DNA of 64,000 nt from an uncultured Atopobium sp. (GTDB lineage: Bacteria > Actinomycetota > Coriobacteriia > Coriobacteriales > Atopobiaceae): contig CABTJC010000011.1 of assembly GCA_902485095.1 (NCBI GenBank), positions 197,564 through 261,563 of the forward strand, in the 5' to 3' direction. The notes beneath the pieces were generated by a model. The model saw only the letters and a list, made by a program, of their open reading frames with translations, was not told the origin of the DNA and did no database searches. How positions within the stretch are numbered: the first letter of the stretch is position 1; each line of letters begins with the position of its first letter. A program made the translations under genes and the position numbers. Shown here piece after piece: positions 10,085 through 18,434 of the stretch.

Positions 10085-11689
10085 TTACTTCTTCTTAACC
10101 TTATCGAAGTGAGGGTTAACCAGAACGCTGAGGCCCGTAAACTCTGGCTTCAAGACGTAAGGCATCTGTGGCCAGTCGATAGGCAGGCAAGCGTAGTCTG
10201 TGTGAGTCATAAGGCTATCTGCCTGACGGGTGAGCTCAAGTACCTTGTCGTTGTTGTTAACGGTAAGGCGAGCCTGGTCAACCAGGTTGTCAAACTCGGT
10301 GCTGTTGTAGAAGGAAGACTTCTTTGCGGCGCGGTCAGAGCGGAAGTAGGAGCCCATGTGCTCAACACCCTGGAAGGAGAGGGTAGACCAGGTAACAAGA
10401 GTGACTTCAAGCTCTCCGTTGGTACGTGCGTCGCTCCAAACGCCAGAGTCAATAACGCTAACGTTACAGGTAACACCAATCTTGGACCATGCATCCTGAA
10501 GGGCAACCATGAGGTTCTGGTCCTGGCTTCTGACCTGTGCATTAAGAGTGAGGTTAGAAACACCTGCCTGTGCAAGAAGCTGCTTTGCCTTGTCTACGTT
10601 GTACTCAAACTCTGGAGCGGACTCATTGTAGCCAGTCTCAGAAGATGGGATAAACGACTTAGCAGGTTTGGCAACACCAGAAAGAATGGTGCTGCAAATG
10701 GTATCTCTGTCAATTGCCATAGAGAGAGCCTGACGAACGCGAACATCTTTGAGGTTCTCGCTCTTAAGGTTCAAGTTTACAAACTGCGTGGATGCAGGTG
10801 TGTAGTTGACAATCTCTTTGGAAATAGACTCATCATTTTGGTACTGCTGGATAAGAGACTGAGAAATAAAGACCAGGTCAACATCATTGTTCTTGTAGTT
10901 AAGAATACGGGTGTTAGCGTCGTCAATGTAGACAAATCTGAGCTCATCCAGACCAGGCTTGCCCTCATGGTAGTCAGCAAATCCCTCAAGAACAACTTCT
11001 GTGGTGCTGTCATTAGAGACAAGCTTGTAAGCACCGGTACCAATGAAGTTGGTCTCAGTACCCCATGCCTCACCGGCTTCTTTGCAAGCCTTCTCTGGGT
11101 AGATAACAGCGTAGAACTGAGCCATAATTGCATTAAAGGTTGAATAAGGCTGTGTCAGCTTAATATCAAAGTGACGGTCATCCTTAATAACAACACCAGA
11201 AAGCTCTTCTGTTGTGCCGGCAATGATGTCTTTAGCACCCTCGATGTATGCGTACGAGTCAATTGAGGTTGCCTTAGTAGCAGGCAAGAACATACGCGTG
11301 AAGGTGTATTTAACGTCAGAGGACTTAAGGGTTTCTCCATTGTGGAATTTGATGCCATCCTTAAGCTCATATGAGTAGGTAAGGCCATCTTCAGAGACAG
11401 TAGGAAGGCCGGTTACCAGGTTTGGTTCAATCTCTTTTGTGTCTGGATTAAGTACCAGCAAAGACTCTGCAACTGCCTCAGATACACCAACAGAACCAGA
11501 AGTCTTCTGAGTATCAAAGGTTACCTTTGGGTTGTTTACACCAAAGCGCAATACCTTTTTCTCTGCGTCTCCGCCAGCTGAACCGCCACAAGCAGAAAGT
11601 AGTGAAGCAGAACCGGCGGCAACGGCAGCCGCCAAAGATCCACGTAAGAATGATTTACGGGAAAGGTTATTAAATACGTGCTCTTTCAT
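10085..11689 (-). CDS. ABC transporter substrate-binding lipoprotein, family 5 (orphan second SBP)
   Basis: 534 aa; Tat-like RKSFLRGSLAAAVAAGSASLLSACGG signal with lipobox; paralogous to the 4068 SBP; convergent with the Opp operon and has no adjacent permease. Confidence 0.88.
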   Translation of the reverse strand: MKEHVFNNLSRKSFLRGSLAAAVAAGSASLLSACGGSAGGDAEKKVLRFGVNNPKVTFDTQKTSGSVGVSEAVAESLLVLNPDTKEIEPNLVTGLPTVSEDGLTYSYELKDGIKFHNGETLKSSDVKYTFTRMFLPATKATSIDSYAYIEGAKDIIAGTTEELSGVVIKDDRHFDIKLTQPYSTFNAIMAQFYAVIYPEKACKEAGEAWGTETNFIGTGAYKLVSNDSTTEVVLEGFADYHEGKPGLDELRFVYIDDANTRILNYKNNDVDLVFISQSLIQQYQNDESISKEIVNYTPASTQFVNLNLKSENLKDVRVRQALSMAIDRDTICSTILSGVAKPAKSFIPSSETGYNESAPEFEYNVDKAKQLLAQAGVSNLTLNAQVRSQDQNLMVALQDAWSKIGVTCNVSVIDSGVWSDARTNGELEVTLVTWSTLSFQGVEHMGSYFRSDRAAKKSSFYNSTEFDNLVDQARLTVNNNDKVLELTRQADSLMTHTDYACLPIDWPQMPYVLKPEFTGLSVLVNPHFDKVKKK

Positions 11690-11923
11690 AGGGCGCCTTC
11701 CGTTTGCATCTTCAAAATATGAAGCTTAAATGTAAAGAACTGGCTTCTTAATACCCAAATTAATTGTACGCAATACAGAAAAATGTTTCATTAATGAAAA
11801 AACATTGTGGAGGAGGGCTTGATAGAGTGGCACGAAAAGCGTAAAAGCGATAAAGTCAAAGACTCAATAAGGGTCAACCTTTACTGTTATGTTGTTTGAA
11901 GAGCTGAGTGTTAAGAGGATTTT

Positions 11924-12718
11924 GTGGTTATTCCAGATATTGTCAAAGATGCATTTAATGATGTTCCCAAGCTTTCTGCTTCTGAGCGCCCTCTTATCTG
12001 TGTGACTCCTCGCTGGATGCCTGAAGAAAATTTTTCTGATTCTGCTTCTGTAGCACAAATTCAGTTTGACGCCATTCTTGCAGCTGGCGGCATTCCAATC
12101 ATGATGCCTCTCACAGAAGACCCAGAGGTTATTGCTCAGTTTGTTGAGATGTGTGATGGCTTCTGCCTTACGGGAGGTCACGATGTTGACCCTCGTAATT
12201 GGGGAGAAGAACCACGCGACCTTAATCGTTTGTGTCCTATACGAGATGCGCTTGAGTTTGAGCTGGTAAAGCAGGTACTTGCTGCAGATAAACCTTTACT
12301 TGCTATTTGCCGTGGCCTTCAGCTTTTAAATGTTGTGCTAGGCGGTACGCTTGTACAAGATCTGCATACCATGGAGCCAGCAGAAAATCATGCATTCTGG
12401 ACTCACTCAGCAAATCTGTATCATCCAGCTCATGCTGTTCATGTTCAGAAAGACTCTTTGCTATACAACGCCTTGGGCCAGGTAGAGGACATTCAGGCAA
12501 ATTCATATCACGATGAGGCACTCCGAAAGGTGTCTTCTGAACTTACGGTAGTTGCCTATGCGTCAGACGGCATTATTGAAGGCGCTGAGGTCAAGGGGAA
12601 GACGTTTGCCTTAGGCGTACAGTGGCATCCAGAGTATGGATGGCATTACAGCAAGGCTGATTGCGAACTTTGGAAATCCTTTGTTACAGCTTCACGAGCC
12701 TCACGGTCTTCTCGTTAA
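11924..12718 (+). CDS. Class-I glutamine amidotransferase-like / peptidase C26 (gamma-glutamyl-GABA hydrolase PuuD-like)
   Basis: Catalytic Cys context ICRGLQLLNVVLGG, His motif GVQWHPE; GTG start. Confidence 0.78.
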   Translation: MVIPDIVKDAFNDVPKLSASERPLICVTPRWMPEENFSDSASVAQIQFDAILAAGGIPIMMPLTEDPEVIAQFVEMCDGFCLTGGHDVDPRNWGEEPRDLNRLCPIRDALEFELVKQVLAADKPLLAICRGLQLLNVVLGGTLVQDLHTMEPAENHAFWTHSANLYHPAHAVHVQKDSLLYNALGQVEDIQANSYHDEALRKVSSELTVVAYASDGIIEGAEVKGKTFALGVQWHPEYGWHYSKADCELWKSFVTASRASRSSR

Positions 12719-12780
12719 TACATTGATACTCTAAACTGCGTTAACTATTTGGTTAGCGCAGTTTTTTGTAAGGGAGTTTT

Positions 12781-14031
12781 ATGAGTGACGTTCTAGATAG
12801 ATTTATTGCGTATTGCAAGGTTTCTTCTCAGTCTAATCCTCTGACGGCAGATGCCGTTCCTTCAACTGAGTCTCAGCACCAGATGGCTGAGGTTGTTGCG
12901 GCTGATCTTCGTGAGCTTGGTGCAGAAAATGTAGTTGTTGATGAGCACGCCTACGTGGTTGCTCACTGGCCGGCAAGCAAGGGTTTGGAGGACCTTCCAA
13001 CTCTTGGTTTCTGCTGCCATATTGATACGGCTTGGCAGTCTTGGGGTAACCCCGTTCATCCTCAGGTTGTTACGTATGAGGGCGGCAAGCTGGTAGTTGG
13101 TTCTGATCGCGAGGGTAGAGAGGTCTATATCAGCCCTGAGACAAATCCTCAGCTTGAGCATATGGTTGGTTGGCAGCTGGTTACCACTGATGGCACGTCG
13201 CTGCTTGGCGGCGACGACAAGGCTGGCATTGCCATGCTGGTCAGCTTGCTCGCTCGCTACAAAGAGCATCCAGAGCTTAAGCACCCACGCATCGCACTTG
13301 CCTTTGTTCCTGATGAGGAGATTGGCCACGGTGCAGCCCTTCTGGATCTTGACGCCTTTGGTGCTGCGTATGGTTACACCATTGACGGTGGTCCCTTTGG
13401 CGAGTTCTGTTACGAGACCTTCAATGCTGCTGAGGTGTTTGTGCGTGCTCACGGACTTTCGGTTCACACAGGTACCGCAAAAGGCCAGATGATCAATGCA
13501 TCTGAGGCAATCATGCGCTTCCACGAGCTGCTTCCACCTGCGGAGCGCCCTGAGTTTACTGAGGGCTATGATGGCTTCTTCTATCTGGAGCGCGTCAATG
13601 GTGATTGCGAGTCTGCTCGCGCTGATTACATTATTCGCGACCATGACCAGGCAAAGGTTGAGCGCCGCAAGCAGTTGATGGTTGATGCTGCAGCATATGT
13701 AAACAAGCAGATTGGCTCTGAGGTACTCTCCGTTGAGATTCACGATCAGTATCACAACTTGGCTGATATTGTCCTCAAGCCCGAGTATGCACACTTAATT
13801 GAGAACGCTCGTACTGCATACGAGAAGACCGGTGTAGAGATGACCTGCATTCCAATGCGCGGCGGCACCGACGGATCCCAACTTTCCTTTAGAGGATTCC
13901 CATGCGCTAATCTTTCTGCCTGCTACTACAATGCTCACGGTGTCAGAGAGTTTGTTCCTGTCCCAGAACTTGAGAGCATGGTTGACATGCTGGAGCACCT
14001 GGTAGAACTCTACACCCATCCACAAAACTAG
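12781..14031 (+). CDS. pepT: Peptidase T (tripeptide aminopeptidase, M20B)
   Basis: 416 aa with M20 metal-ligand motifs HIDTA, GGDDKAG, EEIGHGAA; PepT-like N-terminus. Confidence 0.85.
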   Translation: MSDVLDRFIAYCKVSSQSNPLTADAVPSTESQHQMAEVVAADLRELGAENVVVDEHAYVVAHWPASKGLEDLPTLGFCCHIDTAWQSWGNPVHPQVVTYEGGKLVVGSDREGREVYISPETNPQLEHMVGWQLVTTDGTSLLGGDDKAGIAMLVSLLARYKEHPELKHPRIALAFVPDEEIGHGAALLDLDAFGAAYGYTIDGGPFGEFCYETFNAAEVFVRAHGLSVHTGTAKGQMINASEAIMRFHELLPPAERPEFTEGYDGFFYLERVNGDCESARADYIIRDHDQAKVERRKQLMVDAAAYVNKQIGSEVLSVEIHDQYHNLADIVLKPEYAHLIENARTAYEKTGVEMTCIPMRGGTDGSQLSFRGFPCANLSACYYNAHGVREFVPVPELESMVDMLEHLVELYTHPQN

Positions 14032-14040
14032 GAGATTTTC

Positions 14041-15102
14041 ATGACTCATTTTGAGACTGATACACAGTATCTGATTGACACTACAAAGAAACTTGTTGAG
14101 TGCGATAGTCCTGTTGGCTACTATGAGCGCATTCACGAGCTGCTTCGTGAGCTTGTCGCTGAGGCAGGCTATGAGCTTCAAATTGACAATAAGGCTACTG
14201 CATACGTCCTGGTAGAAGGCAAGGATACCAGCAAGACTGTTGGCGTTAATGCCCACCTTGATACCATTGGTCTAATTGTCCGAGGCTTCAACTCAGACGG
14301 TACGCTGCGCGTTCGTCAGCTGGGTGGCATCAACTACCACAGCATTGAGGGCGAGACCTGCCACGTTGTCTGTAGAGACGGCTCCGTTGTTGACGGCCAG
14401 GTAATCTGCAACCACCACTCCGTTCACGTCTTTGAAGACGCTAGAACCATGGAGCGCACCGAGGACAACATGTCCATCTCGCTTATCGCTGACGTTTCTT
14501 CTGCAGAGGAAGCTCGTGCGCTGGGCGTCTCTGAGGGCGCGGTTGTTGCTATTGACCCACACTTTGAGATGTATGACAACGGCTATATAGTTTCTCGCTT
14601 TATCGACGATAAGGCTTGTGTTGCAGCGCAGCTTCATACGCTCCGTTGGCTTGCACAGTCTGGCGAGAAACCCCTCTATAACACCTTGTTTGCATTCCCC
14701 ATGTACGAGGAGATTGGTCACGGCGGCGCATTCTTGCCTGTTGAGGTAGATGAGTACGTATCGCTGGACATTACCCTCATTGGTCCAGACTACAATTCAA
14801 ATGAACACCACGTAGGCATCATTGTTTCTGATATTCGTTCGCCTTACGATTGGGAAGTTTCCAACAAGCTTATTGCCTGCGCGCAGGAGGTTGTTGAGCC
14901 AGAAAAGTGGAATCAGCAGGTTGCCTTCCACTTCTCAACTGACGCAAACGCTGCGTACTTCTCTGGTAATGATCTGAAGAGTGGCGCATTTGGTCCAGCG
15001 TGCCTCAACACTCACGGTCGCGAGCGTTGCCACATTGATGCAATCATCGGCACCGAGAATCTGTGCCGCGCGTACGTCCTTGGATATGGCGAGAAGAACT
15101 AG
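14041..15102 (+). CDS. M42 family aminopeptidase (glutamyl aminopeptidase/FrvX-like)
   Basis: 353 aa; M42-type motifs GVNAHLDTIG and YEEIGHGGA. Confidence 0.72.
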   Translation: MTHFETDTQYLIDTTKKLVECDSPVGYYERIHELLRELVAEAGYELQIDNKATAYVLVEGKDTSKTVGVNAHLDTIGLIVRGFNSDGTLRVRQLGGINYHSIEGETCHVVCRDGSVVDGQVICNHHSVHVFEDARTMERTEDNMSISLIADVSSAEEARALGVSEGAVVAIDPHFEMYDNGYIVSRFIDDKACVAAQLHTLRWLAQSGEKPLYNTLFAFPMYEEIGHGGAFLPVEVDEYVSLDITLIGPDYNSNEHHVGIIVSDIRSPYDWEVSNKLIACAQEVVEPEKWNQQVAFHFSTDANAAYFSGNDLKSGAFGPACLNTHGRERCHIDAIIGTENLCRAYVLGYGEKN

Positions 15103-15235
15103 TTCTTCTCGCCATGGGTACAGCTTGCTCTTATGGATGTATCAAAGAGTTTGCAAGATATGCTGTATATCGTATGAATTTTGCTGTAGACGTGATAAGG
15201 TAGCCGTAGTTAACTTTTCGAGTCAGGAGTGATTC

Positions 15236-16252
15236 ATGGATAGACGTTCGTTCCTTAAGCTTGCAGGTCTTATTCCAGCTACAGCACTGTTTGGCTGCAA
15301 GGGAACAGACCAAGAGAAGTCTCAGGATGCCACAAAAGAAGAGGCTAAGAAATCTGATCCTGTTGCGGTAAAAGTTGCAACGCTCAAAGGACCTACTGCT
15401 ATGGGCTTGGTTAAGTTCATGAGCGAGGTTGAGGCGCAAAACATTACCGATAACAACTACTCGTTTGAGATTTTGGATGCCCCTGACCAGGTAGTTGCTA
15501 AGGTTGCTCAGGGCGATGTAGACGTTGCTTCTATTCCTGCAAATCTTGCAGCTACGCTGTTCAATAAGACTAAGGGCGCCTATAAGGTAGCTTGCCTCAA
15601 CGTGCTGAATGTTCTCTACATTGTTGAGACAGGTAGCGCCATCTCTAAGCTTGCTGACCTCAAGGGAAAGACGCTCTATGCTTCCGGCAAGGGCGCTGTC
15701 CCAGAGTACACGCTGTCTTACCTGCTCAGCAAAAATGGCATGACACTTGGTGAAGATGTCCAGGTAGAGTGGAAGAGCGAGCATACCGAGTGCGTTGCTG
15801 CTCTTGCGCAAGATCCAGAGGGAATTGCGCTGCTCCCACAGCCTTTTGTTACGGTGGCACAAAGCAAGAACAGCCAGATTCGCGTTGCAATCGACCTTGG
15901 CGCTGAGTGGGAGGCTGTCAATCCTCAGAGCAAGCTGATTGCCGGCGTAACTATTATTTCTTCAAAGCTCATCTCAGATTCTCCAGATGCGGTAACGGCC
16001 CTGCTTTCTCACTACAAAGACTCTGTTGCATTTGCGGTTGATCATCCAGATGAGGCTGCTACACTTGTGGGCAAATACGGTATTGTTCCAGAGCCTATTG
16101 CCAAGGTTGCGCTGCCTAAGTGTAATATTACGTATATTGATGGCGCAGATATGAAGAGCGCACTTTCAAGTTACTTAGGCATTCTGGCTGAGGCTAATTC
16201 TCAGGCAGTAGGCGGACAGGTTCCTGGAGACGATTTCTACTTTGGCGCATAA
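15236..16252 (+). CDS. ABC transporter substrate-binding lipoprotein (NMT1/TauA/SsuA-like, aliphatic sulfonate/nitrate family)
   Basis: Signal peptide with lipobox LFGCKG; 338 aa periplasmic-binding fold; followed by a cognate permease and ATPase. Confidence 0.72.
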   Translation: MDRRSFLKLAGLIPATALFGCKGTDQEKSQDATKEEAKKSDPVAVKVATLKGPTAMGLVKFMSEVEAQNITDNNYSFEILDAPDQVVAKVAQGDVDVASIPANLAATLFNKTKGAYKVACLNVLNVLYIVETGSAISKLADLKGKTLYASGKGAVPEYTLSYLLSKNGMTLGEDVQVEWKSEHTECVAALAQDPEGIALLPQPFVTVAQSKNSQIRVAIDLGAEWEAVNPQSKLIAGVTIISSKLISDSPDAVTALLSHYKDSVAFAVDHPDEAATLVGKYGIVPEPIAKVALPKCNITYIDGADMKSALSSYLGILAEANSQAVGGQVPGDDFYFGA

Positions 16253-17159
16253 CCCGCACATAAAAGATAGTATTTCTGCCCGAGGTGGTGCCAAGAAAGG
16301 CGCTGCCTCGGCAGATTTTTCTGTCGAGAAAAACGATCAGGCCCAAAGCGCAGGTCAGACCCAAGGTGCGGGCCGCGTGCAAGGTAAACCGACTGTGCGC
16401 AAAGTTGCTTCTAGCTGGGGAGTACGTTTAGGCGCACTGGTATTTTGGCTTGTCGTGTGGCAGATAGCTGCGGTTGTCATCAATCAAGATATTGTTTTAA
16501 CTTCACCTATTCAGACCATTCAGACGCTTTTCTCGCTAGCTCAACTACGCGAGTTTTGGGTTTCTATTGGTCTTTCTCTTTTGCGTATTTTTGCTGGTGG
16601 AGCACTTGCTTTTACCGTTGGTTCCTTGCTGGCGTTTTTGAGTTTTAAGTACAAGCTGATCAAGATTCTTTTTGAGCCGCTTATTTCTACAATCAAATCA
16701 ATTCCCGTGGCATCGTTTGTCATCTTGCTACTAATCTGGGTTCGCACGCCCTACCTTTCAATTTCAATTTCATTTTTGATGGCACTTCCCATCATCTACA
16801 TTGCAGTACTTGAGGGGCTCCTCAGCACTGACCAGCAGCTTATTGAGATGGCTGATGTATACCAAATTCACGGTTGGCAACGCATTAAAGCAATTTATTT
16901 GTCGCAGCTTATGCCCTCGCTTAAGACAGCCACCTCACTTGCCATGGGATTTTGCTGGAAGTCGGGAATTGCCGCCGAGGTCATTGGACTTCCCACATTC
17001 TCCATTGGCGAGCACCTCTATAACGCTAAAGTGTATTTGGATACGCCAGCCCTTTTTGCGTGGACGCTTGTGGTTATTGTGATGAGCGCGCTTGGCGAGA
17101 AGATCGTGATGCGGTTAGTTTCATGGGCTGCTGCAAGGCTAGAAAAGAGCTGCTCATGA
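16242..17159 (+). CDS. ABC transporter permease (TauC/SsuC-like)
   Basis: Polytopic membrane protein. The first ~60 residues of the track ORF are low-complexity (Gly/Ala/Gln-rich), so the true start may be internal. Confidence 0.75.
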   Translation: MAHNPHIKDSISARGGAKKGAASADFSVEKNDQAQSAGQTQGAGRVQGKPTVRKVASSWGVRLGALVFWLVVWQIAAVVINQDIVLTSPIQTIQTLFSLAQLREFWVSIGLSLLRIFAGGALAFTVGSLLAFLSFKYKLIKILFEPLISTIKSIPVASFVILLLIWVRTPYLSISISFLMALPIIYIAVLEGLLSTDQQLIEMADVYQIHGWQRIKAIYLSQLMPSLKTATSLAMGFCWKSGIAAEVIGLPTFSIGEHLYNAKVYLDTPALFAWTLVVIVMSALGEKIVMRLVSWAAARLEKSCS

Positions 17160-17785
17160 GTATGAATACAACTAATTGTGCCTATGCAACCGAGCAGTTG
17201 CTTGAGGTAAAAAACATCACTAAATCGTTTGGTAATACGGTTGTGCTTGATGATTTTTCCTACAAGTTTGAGAGGGGGGTGTACGTACTCTCTGAGCCCT
17301 CTGGAGCAGGTAAAACAACACTTCTTCGTATTCTTTGTGGTCTTGAAGTGGCTGATTCAGGCACAGTGCTTAAATCGCCTGACGCTAAAACGGTCATGAT
17401 GTTTCAGGAAGATAGACTGCTAGAAAACTTGAGCGTTATGGCAAATATCATGCTTGCTATACAGTTGCACCCAAAGGAGCAAAAACAAAGCGCTCGAGAG
17501 CGTATTAAAGAGGCGCTTTGTGGGGTAGGACTTGAAGGAACAGAAAACAAGCCTGTTTCTGAGCTTTCCGGTGGTCAAAAGAGACGCGTTGCTCTTTTAC
17601 GTACACTCTTTGCAGATGCAGACATCTTGCTCTTTGATGAGCCGCTCAAGGGATTAGACGAAGCGCTTAAGCAGCAGGTTATTGCCTCTGTCAAACCGTT
17701 CATTGAATCAAAAGTTGTAATTTGGGTAACTCATACTCCTGAAGAAGTAAAACTGCTAGGCTCTTATACAGCACTGCAGTTATAG
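17156..17785 (+). CDS. ABC transporter ATP-binding protein (TauB/SsuB-like)
   Basis: Walker A SGAGKTT, signature LSGGQKRR, Walker B ILLFDEP. The ATG at 17156 overlaps the permease stop (ATGA); the track start at 17060 is an in-frame upstream extension. Confidence 0.83.
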   Translation: MSMNTTNCAYATEQLLEVKNITKSFGNTVVLDDFSYKFERGVYVLSEPSGAGKTTLLRILCGLEVADSGTVLKSPDAKTVMMFQEDRLLENLSVMANIMLAIQLHPKEQKQSARERIKEALCGVGLEGTENKPVSELSGGQKRRVALLRTLFADADILLFDEPLKGLDEALKQQVIASVKPFIESKVVIWVTHTPEEVKLLGSYTALQL

Positions 17786-17796
17786 GAGTGAACTAC

Positions 17797-18411
17797 ATGT
17801 ACAAGGTAATTCTCGCCGGCGGAATGGCGTCTGGTAAATCAACTGTTTCTAAAATGTTTGAAGCAGCAGGTGGTCTGCGCTTTGACCTTGATGAGGTTTC
17901 TCGTAGACTTCTGAGACCTGGATGCGAGTGTACGTATCGTGTGGCAGAGGCTTTTGGAAACGATTTACTAGATCCTGTTACTCACGAGATTAATAGGCGA
18001 GAGCTTGGTCGTAGGGCTTTTGCCACTAGAGAATCTGCTGAGCTCTTAGAAGAGCTTGAGATGCCTTTTATCAGGGAATATATGCGTCAATTCCTTACAA
18101 AAGAGGCTCCTGCTGCAGATGCTCAGTTCTGCTTTGTAGAGGTTCCGCTGCTTGACCGCGTTGAAGACTTGCTTGAGCTGGTTGATGAAGTTGTCGTTGT
18201 TGTAGCGCCTTTGGAACTGAGAGCAGAACGCGCTGAACAGCGAGGATCTTCTCGCCAAGAGTTTGAGCAGCGTATAGCGCATCAGCCTTCCGATACGTAT
18301 TTGCGTAATCAGGCGGATACAGTGTTTGTAAACTCTGAAGGCCTTGATGATCTTAAAGCACAGGTAGAGCTTTGGTTAAACGCTCGGTTTAACCAGCATT
18401 CAGAGCAATAA
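17797..18411 (+). CDS. coaE: Dephospho-CoA kinase
   Basis: P-loop GGMASGKST; ~200 aa. The ATG at 17797 follows RBS AGGAGTG; the track GTG at 17788 overlaps the RBS. Confidence 0.88.
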   Translation: MYKVILAGGMASGKSTVSKMFEAAGGLRFDLDEVSRRLLRPGCECTYRVAEAFGNDLLDPVTHEINRRELGRRAFATRESAELLEELEMPFIREYMRQFLTKEAPAADAQFCFVEVPLLDRVEDLLELVDEVVVVVAPLELRAERAEQRGSSRQEFEQRIAHQPSDTYLRNQADTVFVNSEGLDDLKAQVELWLNARFNQHSEQ

Positions 18412-18434
18412 GTTATAGCTTACGTGCGCGGCCT

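Noticed and set aside
10109-11143. 344-aa plus-strand ORF
   Set aside because: Antisense to the orphan SBP gene 10085-11689; Val/Leu-rich shadow translation.
12862-13794. 310-aa minus-strand ORF
   Set aside because: Antisense to pepT.
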